Source: an uncultured Anaerolineaceae bacterium
Lineage (GTDB): Bacteria > Chloroflexota > Anaerolineae > Anaerolineales > Anaerolineaceae
Reading direction: 5' to 3'
DNA: 64,000 bases
Assembly: GCA_964571135.1 (NCBI GenBank)
Contig: CAZMZW010000008.1
Coordinates: 45,808-109,807 of the forward strand
A model generated the notes under the pieces. That model did no database searches. It had not been told where the DNA came from and was given only the letters and a program-made list of their open reading frames with translations. Every line of letters begins with the position of its first letter. The first letter of the stretch is position 1. Positions 1 through 9,764 of this stretch are shown here, one piece after another. The translations under genes were made by a program, and so were the position numbers.

Positions 1-66
1 ACGATCTACCAGATGCAAGATATCCATATCGTTCCTTTAGCTTTAATTACTAGTCAAATTATCCCA

Positions 67-588
67 TTAATCACGAAGTGTGGTTTGTTGATCGAACTGT
101 TGATTCTCACTAAGCTCAGAAAAGCGCTTCTTAAATGCTTTTTCCACATGAAGGGGAACCATACTTGATACATTCCCATTCAACGCAGCGATCTCTCTAA
201 CGGTTGTTGAGGAAAGAAAAGTATGTTCTTCACTGGTAATCAACGCAACTACTTCAATATCTTTTGCCAAGCGATGGTTGGCCAAAGCCATCCTAAATTC
301 AAGTTCAAAGTCAGAAAAAACCCTCAAACCTCTTACAATTACTTGGGCATTGATATCGTGGCATAACTCAACGGTTAACCCGCTATAACCCATAACCACA
401 ATTTTTGGATCATCAAATGCTTTATTAACCATTTCGATCCTTTCTGCCGGTGAGAAGAGCAGGTTTTTAAGAGGGCGATCATAGACTGCCACAATCACCT
501 GATCAAAAAGCCGCGAAGCCCTTTGCGCAATATCAATGTGTCCAAAGTGAATCGGGTCAAACGTCCCTGGAAATATAGCTTTTACCAT
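67..588 (-). CDS. coaD: phosphopantetheine adenylyltransferase
   Basis: 173 aa. N-terminal nucleotidyltransferase motif FPGTFDPIHFGHIDI. GGGAG Shine-Dalgarno just upstream of the ATG. Confidence 0.95.
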   Translation of the reverse strand: MVKAIFPGTFDPIHFGHIDIAQRASRLFDQVIVAVYDRPLKNLLFSPAERIEMVNKAFDDPKIVVMGYSGLTVELCHDINAQVIVRGLRVFSDFELEFRMALANHRLAKDIEVVALITSEEHTFLSSTTVREIAALNGNVSSMVPLHVEKAFKKRFSELSENQQFDQQTTLRD

Positions 589-602
589 TTTTCTCCCAAT
601 TA

Positions 603-2987
603 TTAGCTCACGTCTCCACTTTTACTTGGCCAATAAGTTTCCAATTCTTGCCGCAACCAATAATTTTCTTGAGATAACAATTCTGGATCATTTTTGAATA
701 TTTTCTGGGCAGCTTTTCGGGCTCGAAGAATTAAATCCAAATCTGTTAATGATGCTAATTTTAAACCTAAATACCCAGATTGACGTGTTCCCAGAAAATC
801 ACCCGGACCACGATGTTTTAAGTCGTATTCTGCCAATTTAAATCCATCATTGGTTTCAGCCATTATGGATAGGCGTTCATTTTCGAAATTATTTTCAATA
901 TCCGGAATGAGTAAACAATAAGATTGTGATTGCCCTCTTCCTACCCGGCCACGGATTTGATGTAATTGAGACAAACCAAAATGATTGGCACTCTCAATAA
1001 GGACGATGGTTGCATTCGGAATATCCAATCCGACCTCAATCACTGAAGTTGAGATCAGGATATCATATTCTTTATCGCGGAATTTTCTCATGATCTCATC
1101 TTTTTCTAATTGTTTTAAACGTCCATGCATGAGCCCAACCTTTAAGTGAGGAAAGACCTGGGATTGAATACGTTCGTATTCATTTATTGCTGCCTTGCGA
1201 ATTTCATCATCTTCACTTTCGATTAATGGGTAAATTATAAAAGCTTGATGTAATTTATCGATCTGAAATTGGATTAATTGATATGCACGTTCACGTTCAT
1301 TGGGAAGCATCACATGCGTTTCAATTGGAATACGGCCAACTGGCATTTCGTCAATTACAGAGAGGTCAAGGTCCCCATAAATAGTTAATGCTAATGATCG
1401 TGGAATTGGGGTCGCGCTCATCACCAGGAGGTGAGGATTTACTCCTTTACTTCTTAGTGCCGCTCTTTGACCTACTCCAAACCGATGCTGTTCATCAATA
1501 ATCACAAGTTGAAGCCACTTAAATTTAATTGGATCTTCAATCAACGCATGTGTGCCAATCACAACCTTTATTTCACCAGAAGCCAGTCTCTTACGGATGA
1601 TCGCTTTCTCATTTTCAGGTGTGTCACCGATTAGTAACGCAATTTCCTCAGATCTTAAAATTGGTTTCTCTTCGTTCGGATTTGTAAGCATTTGGGTCAA
1701 ATTACGAAAATGTTGTTCTGCCAATATGCTTGTAGGGGCTAAAAACGCTGATTGTGCACTTCTCTGAAGTGTAATTATTATGGCAATACATGCAATAACC
1801 GTTTTTCCTGAACCAACATCCCCCTGAATCAAACGATTCATAGGTTTTCCTGAGCCAAGATCGGCTCTGATTTCATCCAGTACCTTTATTTGCGAGTTTG
1901 TTAGCTTAAATGGTAATCTAGTAATAAACGATTGTAAATTTGCAGGATCAATATCATAAATTTCGGCTTGATTTCTTTCCCATTTCAGTTTTTGGGACAT
2001 TACTCCAAGTTGTAAAAATAATATCTCATCAAAAGATAATCGTTGTTTTGCCTTTAGGAGAAGATTATTATTATTTGGAAAATGGATGTTCGTAATTGCA
2101 TTTGATAAAACAACCAGGCTTTCCTCTCTACGGATATCCTCAGGCAAATAATCATGAATGCGTGAAGCCCAGTAATTGACAGTCTCAAACATGATTCGGC
2201 GAATACTTTTTTGGGTAATGCCTGATGTGAGTGGATAAAAAGGCACAATTCGATTTGTATGAAGTTGTTCGCGATCTATACTCTCAGCTTCTGGATTGTT
2301 CATTGTTAAACGACCGAGATACATTTCAATTTTCCCGGAAAGAATTAATTGCTTTCCTTTGGGAAAACTTTTAAGAAGCCACGGTTGGTTAAACCATGTG
2401 ACCCTTAAATAGCCTGTGCCATCACTTACCACAGCTTCAATTATTTTCAACTTTCGATTGCCTGCTGATCGCATGCCAATGCTATTTACAACTGCAACAA
2501 TCGATATTTCTTCTCCATAATTCAACCGATTTATCGGCTTAAGAGTGCTCAAATCCCAGTATCGTCTTGGATAAAAATGGAGCAGGTCTTTAATCGTAAT
2601 CAGATGAAGCTTTTCCAGAAGCTTTGCGGTTTGACCACCAATTCGGTTTATTACTGTGATTGAAGCATTTAGACCAGTATTTGAATTGTTATCAGAAGTT
2701 TTAGTTTTTTGAGAAGGTATGGCGGTCGGTTGAAGATTTAACAATTGATCAAAAATTGTAATGAAATTTGCAATAGCTTTTTTTCTTTCCTGAAATGGCA
2801 ATGACTTGTATTTAGATAACAATTGAGTAATTTCTTTAACCTTTTCCTGTGAAATGAGATGTAAAGCGGCTTCAGATTGCCATAAGGGGATAAGACTTTC
2901 AAGCCCACCAATTACTGCTTTATTTTCATAGTTACAATTAATTTCATGGCGAAATAATTTTAATAAATTAATTGCGGAATTACCCAT
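603..2987 (-). CDS. recG: ATP-dependent DNA helicase RecG
   Basis: 794 aa. Wedge/OB region, then Walker A GDVGSGKT, DEQH box and helicase C motifs (QLHQIRGRVGRG). Sits 14 nt upstream of coaD. The N-terminal ~100 aa is an extension and the start codon is not supported by a clear SD. Confidence 0.92.
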   Translation of the reverse strand: MGNSAINLLKLFRHEINCNYENKAVIGGLESLIPLWQSEAALHLISQEKVKEITQLLSKYKSLPFQERKKAIANFITIFDQLLNLQPTAIPSQKTKTSDNNSNTGLNASITVINRIGGQTAKLLEKLHLITIKDLLHFYPRRYWDLSTLKPINRLNYGEEISIVAVVNSIGMRSAGNRKLKIIEAVVSDGTGYLRVTWFNQPWLLKSFPKGKQLILSGKIEMYLGRLTMNNPEAESIDREQLHTNRIVPFYPLTSGITQKSIRRIMFETVNYWASRIHDYLPEDIRREESLVVLSNAITNIHFPNNNNLLLKAKQRLSFDEILFLQLGVMSQKLKWERNQAEIYDIDPANLQSFITRLPFKLTNSQIKVLDEIRADLGSGKPMNRLIQGDVGSGKTVIACIAIIITLQRSAQSAFLAPTSILAEQHFRNLTQMLTNPNEEKPILRSEEIALLIGDTPENEKAIIRKRLASGEIKVVIGTHALIEDPIKFKWLQLVIIDEQHRFGVGQRAALRSKGVNPHLLVMSATPIPRSLALTIYGDLDLSVIDEMPVGRIPIETHVMLPNERERAYQLIQFQIDKLHQAFIIYPLIESEDDEIRKAAINEYERIQSQVFPHLKVGLMHGRLKQLEKDEIMRKFRDKEYDILISTSVIEVGLDIPNATIVLIESANHFGLSQLHQIRGRVGRGQSQSYCLLIPDIENNFENERLSIMAETNDGFKLAEYDLKHRGPGDFLGTRQSGYLGLKLASLTDLDLILRARKAAQKIFKNDPELLSQENYWLRQELETYWPSKSGDVS

Positions 2988-3027
2988 AGATTAATTCTAC
3001 CAAGATGTTTAACAAAAAAAAGGGCTT

Positions 3028-3879
3028 TCAGATAAATTTATCGAGAACAAAAATCCCCAAAGCTTTTGGTCCTATGATCGAGGCATTTGCAGTATTAATT
3101 GATTGAAATGAAAATTTTGTGCTTTGGAATTGTTCATTACAATGCGTCTGTAAAGAAATTACTTCTTTAGGTTTTGATGAATTGCCACTAACTACAATAA
3201 ATTCTTGCGGTTGTTCAAATTCATCAATAAAATCCTCAAAGCAAACTAGTAAATATTTCTTTTTATTGATTTTAGTAAGGGGAGAAAATTTACCCTCTTC
3301 TATTGTGAATAATGGGATGGTTCCGATAAAATCCAAAGCTATCGATTGCGGTACATCAAGAAATTTGGACTGCTGCGCATAGGTAAGATTTGGACAATAA
3401 AAAATCCCAAAAATATGCGGAATAATTAATCGAATATATTGTGCAACCGAAGAATTGCTTTTTCCTTTATTAATTACCTCTGCCACTTTACTTACCATCA
3501 TTCCTAAACCGTATGAAAAAGTGCCGGAATCGATTAAATGATATTTTATATTTTCGGGCAAAACTTGAAGAATATTTTTTATTTGAGAATAGATTGGTGA
3601 TAGAAAACTGGAAGGGAGCAGAATAAATAATTCTTCAAATTCATTTCTACTATCGATCAATAATTGAATTAATTGCTTGGGTGAGGGTGGGAAAATGATT
3701 GGATGATTTCCAGAATTAATATTGTTTGGTAGAGCATCAATTCCTTTTAATGAAATATCAATGTTTGAATTATTGACAATTGAGATTGATGATGGAATCT
3801 GCCTGACCAAATCTGCTCCAGGAAATTCCTTTTTTGGAAATTGAACTGAGTTATCAGTGATTATCCCTATCGGTTTCAA
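3028..3879 (-). CDS. DegV family fatty-acid-binding protein (FakB-like)
   Basis: 283 aa. DegV-like N-terminus (IGIITDNS). Lies immediately downstream of the DAK2 protein, the same pairing as FakA/FakB. Confidence 0.8.
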   Translation of the reverse strand: MKPIGIITDNSVQFPKKEFPGADLVRQIPSSISIVNNSNIDISLKGIDALPNNINSGNHPIIFPPSPKQLIQLLIDSRNEFEELFILLPSSFLSPIYSQIKNILQVLPENIKYHLIDSGTFSYGLGMMVSKVAEVINKGKSNSSVAQYIRLIIPHIFGIFYCPNLTYAQQSKFLDVPQSIALDFIGTIPLFTIEEGKFSPLTKINKKKYLLVCFEDFIDEFEQPQEFIVVSGNSSKPKEVISLQTHCNEQFQSTKFSFQSINTANASIIGPKALGIFVLDKFI

Positions 3880-3881
3880 TG

Positions 3882-5570
3882 TTATTCAACTGCAAAAATG
3901 AACTGGTAATAGGGTTGGCCGCCATCATGAACTTCAATTTCTTGCTTGGGAAATGAAGTCTTAATAAATTCAATAATTTCTTCAAGTTCGGATTTAGTAA
4001 TATTCAGCCCAGAAAATATAGTGATATGTTCCTTATTTTCTGTTCCAATTAATTTCAATAGATTTATACAGGAATCTTTTAGACTCTTGGATGAATCAAC
4101 TAAAACGCCATTATGCAGTGCAATTATTTCACCTTTGTTGACTTTTACGTTGTTGATGGTGATCGAACGCGTTGCTATTGTAATCTCTCCGGTTTCCACT
4201 TCTCCAATCGCGTCTTTCATTTCCCTGCAAATTGACTCAAAATCGCCATCAGGATCAAGGTGAAGGCATGCGGATAAACCTTGCGGAACACTTTTTGAAG
4301 GAATGACAATCACATTTTTATGTGTTGCACTTTTAGCGGTCTCTGCAGCCAGAATTATATTTTTATTGTTTGGCAAAATAATAATATTATTAGTTGGTAG
4401 GTCCTTGAAGGCATCCAAGAGTTCTTCCGTACTCGGATTCATGGTTTGTCCACCTTCAACAACTGCAGCAACGCCCAAGCTTTGAAATATTTTTGTTATC
4501 CCCTTTCCTGGTGAGACTGCAATAACAGCAATTTGTCCTTCTTTAATGAATGGTTTGGAAATCTCATTCTGCTTAGGTTGATTTCCCATCTGCTCCAATA
4601 AATTTTCAATATATACTTTCTTGATAGTTCCATACTTCTTTACGTACTCAAGGGGTAAATATTGATTTTCAGTAGAGGTATGAATATGCATACGGTATAA
4701 ATTCTCACCTTCACCTAATTGAATTGAAGTACCAATTTCAGAAAGCTCAGCATAGAATTGTTTTAAATCCAATGGATTAGTTGGCGTAAAATCAACAACT
4801 ATTTCGAAATCTTGTCCCGGTTCAATAGCATCATTGAAGTTGAGTAATTTATCAACAGGAGTTGAGGCATTTTTATCTAACGCACTAACTTCTAGTTCTA
4901 GTGGTAAATTATTGATGAAACGCTGCATACCTTCCAGGAAAAAGTAAAGTCCCTTGCCCCCGGAATCGACTACGCCGGCTTGTTTTAGGATCGGTAAAAG
5001 GTTGGGAGTGTTTTGGACGGATTTATCTGCTTCTTTGATAATGATCGTCAGAATTTCCGTTAAATCAGTTGAACTTGAAAAAGCATCCTCAGCAGCATGC
5101 GCAATATCTTTAGCGACTGTAAGGATGGTTCCTTCCACAGGGCGGACAACACCTTTGTAGGCTGTATTACGACTTTCGTTCAATGCCTGCACAAATAATT
5201 GGGCATCCATTACAGGTTGATCATCCAATATGCGGGCGAATCCACGGAGCAATTGTGAAAGAATCACACCTGAATTCCCGCGAGCTCCCATCAAAGCACC
5301 CTGAGAGATTAATCGGGCAATTTTCCCAATATTTTGCTCATTGTTATCAGCGACTTCACTATATGCAGATTTGAGTGTGAGGAACATATTTGTTCCGGTA
5401 TCGCCATCTGGTACTGGAAATACATTCAATGAATTAATGGTCTGTTGATTAGTTTTCACCCAGAGAATTCCAGCATTAAACAACTCTTTTAATACCTGAC
5501 CATTAATACTTTGATATTTAACAATTTTGGTTGAATCCACAAATTGTGGATCTATGGTATTTTGTGGCAT
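3882..5570 (-). CDS. DAK2 domain-containing protein (YloV / fatty acid kinase FakA-like)
   Basis: 562 aa. DhaL/DAK2 motif region (DGDTGTNM, GARGNSGVILSQ). C-terminal FakA-type domain. Position in the Asp23-DAK2-DegV-recG order. Confidence 0.85.
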   Translation of the reverse strand: MPQNTIDPQFVDSTKIVKYQSINGQVLKELFNAGILWVKTNQQTINSLNVFPVPDGDTGTNMFLTLKSAYSEVADNNEQNIGKIARLISQGALMGARGNSGVILSQLLRGFARILDDQPVMDAQLFVQALNESRNTAYKGVVRPVEGTILTVAKDIAHAAEDAFSSSTDLTEILTIIIKEADKSVQNTPNLLPILKQAGVVDSGGKGLYFFLEGMQRFINNLPLELEVSALDKNASTPVDKLLNFNDAIEPGQDFEIVVDFTPTNPLDLKQFYAELSEIGTSIQLGEGENLYRMHIHTSTENQYLPLEYVKKYGTIKKVYIENLLEQMGNQPKQNEISKPFIKEGQIAVIAVSPGKGITKIFQSLGVAAVVEGGQTMNPSTEELLDAFKDLPTNNIIILPNNKNIILAAETAKSATHKNVIVIPSKSVPQGLSACLHLDPDGDFESICREMKDAIGEVETGEITIATRSITINNVKVNKGEIIALHNGVLVDSSKSLKDSCINLLKLIGTENKEHITIFSGLNITKSELEEIIEFIKTSFPKQEIEVHDGGQPYYQFIFAVE

Positions 5571-5602
5571 TCAGTAACCTATATTTTGGATATTTAAAAT
5601 TA

Positions 5603-5959
5603 TCAATCAGCATTGCTGACGCGCAATCCTCGAACATGAACATTTACTGCACTGACTGAAATCCCTATCATTTTTTCTATTTGGAATTTAACGCTATGGG
5701 AAACACTTTCCGCGACGGAAGATATCCGTGTTCCATATTCAATAATAATATACAAATCAATTTTTATTGAGTTGCCATCATAATTCACAATCACACCTGA
5801 CGCGGGGTCATTAAACAGTAATTTAGATATTCCCCGCACGATATCTTTATCAGCCATGCCTACAACACCGTATGATTCAAGTGCTGATTGATATGCGATG
5901 GTAGCAATGGTGTGATTCGAAACGTAAACCTTGCCTGTTTGATTCATTTTATCTTCCAT
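5603..5959 (-). CDS. Asp23/Gls24 family envelope stress protein
   Basis: Asp23-like sequence (VSNHTIATIAYQSALESYGVVGM). The ATG at 5959 has an AAAGG SD 8 nt upstream. The longer ORF would start at a TTG at 5983 with no SD. Confidence 0.85.
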   Translation of the reverse strand: MEDKMNQTGKVYVSNHTIATIAYQSALESYGVVGMADKDIVRGISKLLFNDPASGVIVNYDGNSIKIDLYIIIEYGTRISSVAESVSHSVKFQIEKMIGISVSAVNVHVRGLRVSNAD

Positions 5960-6067
5960 TGTTTTACCTTTTATATTAACCAATTTTCTTGCGGTAAGTT
6001 ACGCCTTGTGGTAAACTTCATTTTTATTATCTTTGTATTTTAATCAATATTTGGAAGGAATTTAAAG

Positions 6068-6250
6068 ATGGCTAAGTGTGAACATTGCGGAAAAACGACA
6101 ACTTTTGGACATAACCGCAGTTTTTCTATGCGTGCAACTAATCGTAAATTTAGACCGAATCTGCAACGGGTATTGATCTTTGAAAAAGGTATTAAAGTTC
6201 GAAAAACTTTATGCGCCAGGTGTATCCGTACCATGGTAAAAAGTAAATAA
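6068..6250 (+). CDS. rpmB: 50S ribosomal protein L28
   Basis: 60 aa (MAKCEHCGKTTTFGHNRSFSMRATNRKFRPNLQ), typical of L28. GGAAGGA SD upstream. Confidence 0.95.
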   Translation: MAKCEHCGKTTTFGHNRSFSMRATNRKFRPNLQRVLIFEKGIKVRKTLCARCIRTMVKSK

Positions 6251-6264
6251 TTCATGTAACAAAT

Positions 6265-6295
6265 AAAAATGCGGCAAAACCGCATTTTTATTTTA
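6265..6295. terminator. bidirectional intrinsic terminator between rpmB and rpe
   Basis: Perfect hairpin ATGCGG-caaaa-CCGCAT (6269-6285). It is flanked by an A-run on one side and a T-run on the other, so it reads as stem plus U-tract on both strands. The rpe stop codon lies inside the T-run. Confidence 0.8.
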
Positions 6296-6965
6296 AAACC
6301 TCATTTAATTCCTGGATTGATAAGGTAATACCTCTTGGATTTGAGAATATTGCAGCTCCGACAACAAAAAGATCAGCACCGGCTTGATATGCTAACGGAA
6401 GCGTTTGAGCGTTTATTCCACCATCAACCTCAATTATTGGCTTTTTATCCATAGGCTTGATCATTTCTTTGATAGCAGTAATTTTAGAAAGTTGACTTTG
6501 GATAAATGTCTGACCACCAAATCCGGGATTGACTGTCATAACCAGGATCAAATCAATTGAATCCAGCACTGATTTTATACTTTCGATGGGTGTTCCTGGA
6601 TTTAGCACGATCCCAGTTTTCATTTTATAACTATTAATGAGTTGAAGAGTCCTGTGAATATTTGGATTATTTTCAATATGAACACTAATCCCTGTTGAGC
6701 CAAATGTTGCACACGACTCAATATAATTATCAGGATTTTCCACCATCAAGTGAGTTTCCAGGGGGAGAGAAGAGGTTTTTTGGCATGATTGGATAATAAA
6801 CGGCCCAACAGAAATATTTGGAACGAAATGCCCATCCATAATATCAATGTGCAGTTGTTCAACCCCTGCCTTTTCAACTTCTGAAATTTGATCATTCAAA
6901 AAGCAGAAATCTGCATTTAATATTGAGGCCGATATCCTGATTTTCATTATTGTTAAATTATACAT
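6288..6965 (-). CDS. rpe: ribulose-phosphate 3-epimerase
   Basis: 225 aa. Motifs SILNADF, HIDIMDGHFVPN and MTVNPGFGGQ. The true start may be the internal ATG at 6947 (MKIRISASIL). Confidence 0.93.
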   Translation of the reverse strand: MYNLTIMKIRISASILNADFCFLNDQISEVEKAGVEQLHIDIMDGHFVPNISVGPFIIQSCQKTSSLPLETHLMVENPDNYIESCATFGSTGISVHIENNPNIHRTLQLINSYKMKTGIVLNPGTPIESIKSVLDSIDLILVMTVNPGFGGQTFIQSQLSKITAIKEMIKPMDKKPIIEVDGGINAQTLPLAYQAGADLFVVGAAIFSNPRGITLSIQELNEVLK

Positions 6966-7016
6966 CAGGCATTCTCATGAATCAGATATAATTTTCTAAG
7001 ACTGTTATATAAACTC

Positions 7017-7496
7017 ATGAAGATTCTAAAGGCCTATTTTTCAAAAACTATTGTAATTAGTGGATTTATAGTGTTTGTTTTTCTTTTGATTGGATTTGTA
7101 TCATTGGCCTCTCTTTTTATTCCTCCATCAGAGATAATTCCTAATGTTGAATCCAAGATAACAATTATTGCGTATAGCACAATAACACCAGAAACATCTA
7201 CAAAAGACCAAGTATCGCCTATAACGCCAAGTCCTGATCCAAACAATATTATTTTTGCTAAAGGATTTAAAGTTAATATTCATGGAACAGAAGGAGAGGG
7301 TTTACGTCTCCATCAATCGGCAGGACAGGAGAGCCCCACAGTGTACCTGGCAAATGAAGGTGATATGTATCTTATTACTGAAGGACCCATAATAACCGGT
7401 GGGTATGTCTGGTGGCAAATACGCTCTCTGACCATTGAAACAAATTTTGGTTGGGCTGTCCAGGATTTTCTTAAGGTTAATATTCTAAATCAATAA
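7017..7496 (+). CDS. membrane-anchored protein with a C-terminal SH3b-like domain
   Basis: 159 aa. One N-terminal TM helix, a Pro/Ser/Thr linker, then a ~65 aa beta-rich segment (GYVWWQIRS...GWAVQDFL) resembling a bacterial SH3 domain. No specific family recognised. Confidence 0.5.
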   Translation: MKILKAYFSKTIVISGFIVFVFLLIGFVSLASLFIPPSEIIPNVESKITIIAYSTITPETSTKDQVSPITPSPDPNNIIFAKGFKVNIHGTEGEGLRLHQSAGQESPTVYLANEGDMYLITEGPIITGGYVWWQIRSLTIETNFGWAVQDFLKVNILNQ

Positions 7497-7517
7497 ACCA
7501 ATATTAATGGTGGTTTT

Positions 7518-8459
7518 ATGGATATAAAAATCATTAGCGGTTTTCGTGACAAGTTATTGAACAACCTTGAGAAGGTGATACTGGGGAAAAATGAGGTGCT
7601 CAATTTAGTAATCATGGGGCTTATTTGCCGCGGTCATTTATTAATTGATGATGTTCCTGGTGTAGGGAAAACGGTGCTGGCAAAAAGCCTGGCCATTTCA
7701 CTAGGTAGCCGTTTTCGCCGTATTCAATTTACCCCGGATATGTTGCCGAGTGATATTACGGGCGTATCTTTTTATAATCAAAAAAATAAGGATTTTGAAT
7801 TTCGCCCAGGCCCTATAATGACAGAAATTATTTTGGCAGATGAAATTAATCGAGCTACTCCAAAAACGCAATCTGCCTTGCTGGAGGCGATGGAGGAAAG
7901 GCAGGTTACTGTTGATGGTATCACTCATCCATTGCCAACAACCTTCATGGTAATAGGAACACAGAATCCCATTGAATATGAAGGTACTTTCCCGTTACCC
8001 GAAGGTCAGCTTGACCGATTTTTATTGAAAATTAAAATTGGTTATCCCTCAGTTTCCAATGAAATTCTGATTTTAGAATCGCAACAATTTAACCACCCGA
8101 TTGAAGTATTAAAGGCTGTTATAACACAGAAAGAATTAATCACTATTCAGAAGGCAGTGAAAGAAGTATATGTTTCAGACGCATTGAAGAAATATCTTGT
8201 CAGGATTATTAAAGCAACCAGAGAAAATGATGATATTTATTTGGGTGCTTCCCCACGAGGCAGCCTGGGATTGTTTAGAATGGGACAAGCGTTCGCCGCA
8301 TTAAATGGACGGGAATACATAATCCCTGATGATTTGAAAGAAATTGCGGTGCAAGTTCTTTCCCATCGAATAGTAATTCAACCAGGGGCCCGCATAAAAA
8401 ATCTTTCACCTGAACTGGTGATACAGGAGATCCTTGATCAAGTTCCGGTGAATGGATAA
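7518..8459 (+). CDS. MoxR-family AAA+ ATPase
   Basis: 313 aa. Walker A DVPGVGKT, Walker B ILADEINRA, and the MoxR-typical C-terminal region. Confidence 0.9.
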   Translation: MDIKIISGFRDKLLNNLEKVILGKNEVLNLVIMGLICRGHLLIDDVPGVGKTVLAKSLAISLGSRFRRIQFTPDMLPSDITGVSFYNQKNKDFEFRPGPIMTEIILADEINRATPKTQSALLEAMEERQVTVDGITHPLPTTFMVIGTQNPIEYEGTFPLPEGQLDRFLLKIKIGYPSVSNEILILESQQFNHPIEVLKAVITQKELITIQKAVKEVYVSDALKKYLVRIIKATRENDDIYLGASPRGSLGLFRMGQAFAALNGREYIIPDDLKEIAVQVLSHRIVIQPGARIKNLSPELVIQEILDQVPVNG

Positions 8460-9743
8460 TTGCATACAAATAATTTGATATTGAAGATTAGAAGCAGATT
8501 CTGGATTATCCTCGGTATTCTAATAATTTCTCTAATGGGCTGGATATTTATTAAAGATGAAATTTTTCTTCAATTAACCAGTCTAAGTTCATTTATCATC
8601 ATAACCTGCTTTATTTGGACTTATTTATCAGTCAGACAAATAGATGTCAGCAGAAAATCAAGAATTTATCGCCAAAACGTTGGGGAATATTTTGAGGAAT
8701 ATTTTGAAATAAGAAATAAACTACCTATCTGGCGTTTCTGGCTTGAGATTACAGATCATTCCAACCTGGAGAATTTTTTTGTTTCGCGTGTTATAAGTTC
8801 ACTGGGTCCTAATCAGTTGCGGAGCTTTAGCTCATATACCTTGCTGAGAAAACGCGGTGCATTTTATTTGGGACCTATTAGTATTACTTCCGGGGATCCA
8901 TTTGGACTTTTCTTTTCAAGAATTGAAATAGAAAATGAAGTCGTTCTACTTGTTTACCCTTTTTATGAATTACTAAAACAACATACACTTCATTTTGGAA
9001 TGCTTATGGGGGGGAATTCATTAAAAAGACCATCATTGGAAACAACTCCTCATGCTGCCGGAATACGCGAATATTATCCGGGAGACCCCTTAAACAGAAT
9101 TCACTGGCTCAGTTCCATTAGAAAAAATCAGATCATGGTTAAAGAATTCGACCAGGATCCTCAAGCCAGTGTATGGATCTATCTGGACGGGCAACAAATG
9201 ATTAACACTTCTATAGAAGTTCGAAAAGAAAATGAGCGGGAAGGGAAACTCTGGATGTATAAAAAAAGGTCAGATATCCGGCTGCCCTGTGATACGTTTG
9301 AATATGCTGTGAGCATTACTGCTTCACTCTCAGAATATTTTATTAAACAAGGACGTTCTGTAGGATTTTGCTGTTCGGGAAAGAAAATTGAGGTTTTATC
9401 ATCTGACAAGGGGGAGAGGCAATTAACCAAAATTCTTGAAGTATTAACCTTTTTGAAATCTAATGGTGATTTATCCATTCGGCGTCTTGTTGAAACTAAA
9501 ATTCAATCTCAAAGTATTGGGACGACTGTAATCCTGATTACAACATCTGCTGCTTTGGAATTGCGCGAAGCAGTCGAAATGATCAAACAAAGAGGCTTTT
9601 ATCCAATATTGATCATTCTTGATGCAATTTCATTCGGAGTTAAAAGTAATCCAATAAATAAACAGGATGCTATGATAGATTCGAAAATATCAATTATAAA
9701 AATAAAATTTGGAGAAAAGATAAAAGATGTTCTCCAAAAGTAG
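8460..9743 (+). CDS. DUF58 domain-containing protein (MoxR partner)
   Basis: 427 aa. Two N-terminal TM helices. DUF58 signature (YYPGDPLNRIHWLSSIRKNQIMVKEFDQD). TTG start abutting the moxR stop. Confidence 0.8.
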   Translation: MHTNNLILKIRSRFWIILGILIISLMGWIFIKDEIFLQLTSLSSFIIITCFIWTYLSVRQIDVSRKSRIYRQNVGEYFEEYFEIRNKLPIWRFWLEITDHSNLENFFVSRVISSLGPNQLRSFSSYTLLRKRGAFYLGPISITSGDPFGLFFSRIEIENEVVLLVYPFYELLKQHTLHFGMLMGGNSLKRPSLETTPHAAGIREYYPGDPLNRIHWLSSIRKNQIMVKEFDQDPQASVWIYLDGQQMINTSIEVRKENEREGKLWMYKKRSDIRLPCDTFEYAVSITASLSEYFIKQGRSVGFCCSGKKIEVLSSDKGERQLTKILEVLTFLKSNGDLSIRRLVETKIQSQSIGTTVILITTSAALELREAVEMIKQRGFYPILIILDAISFGVKSNPINKQDAMIDSKISIIKIKFGEKIKDVLQK

Positions 9744-9764
9744 ATAAAACAGCTAAACTATTGG

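Noticed and set aside
6040-6285. 81-aa ORF antisense to rpmB
   Set aside because: The L28 reading frame is unmistakable, so this is its shadow.
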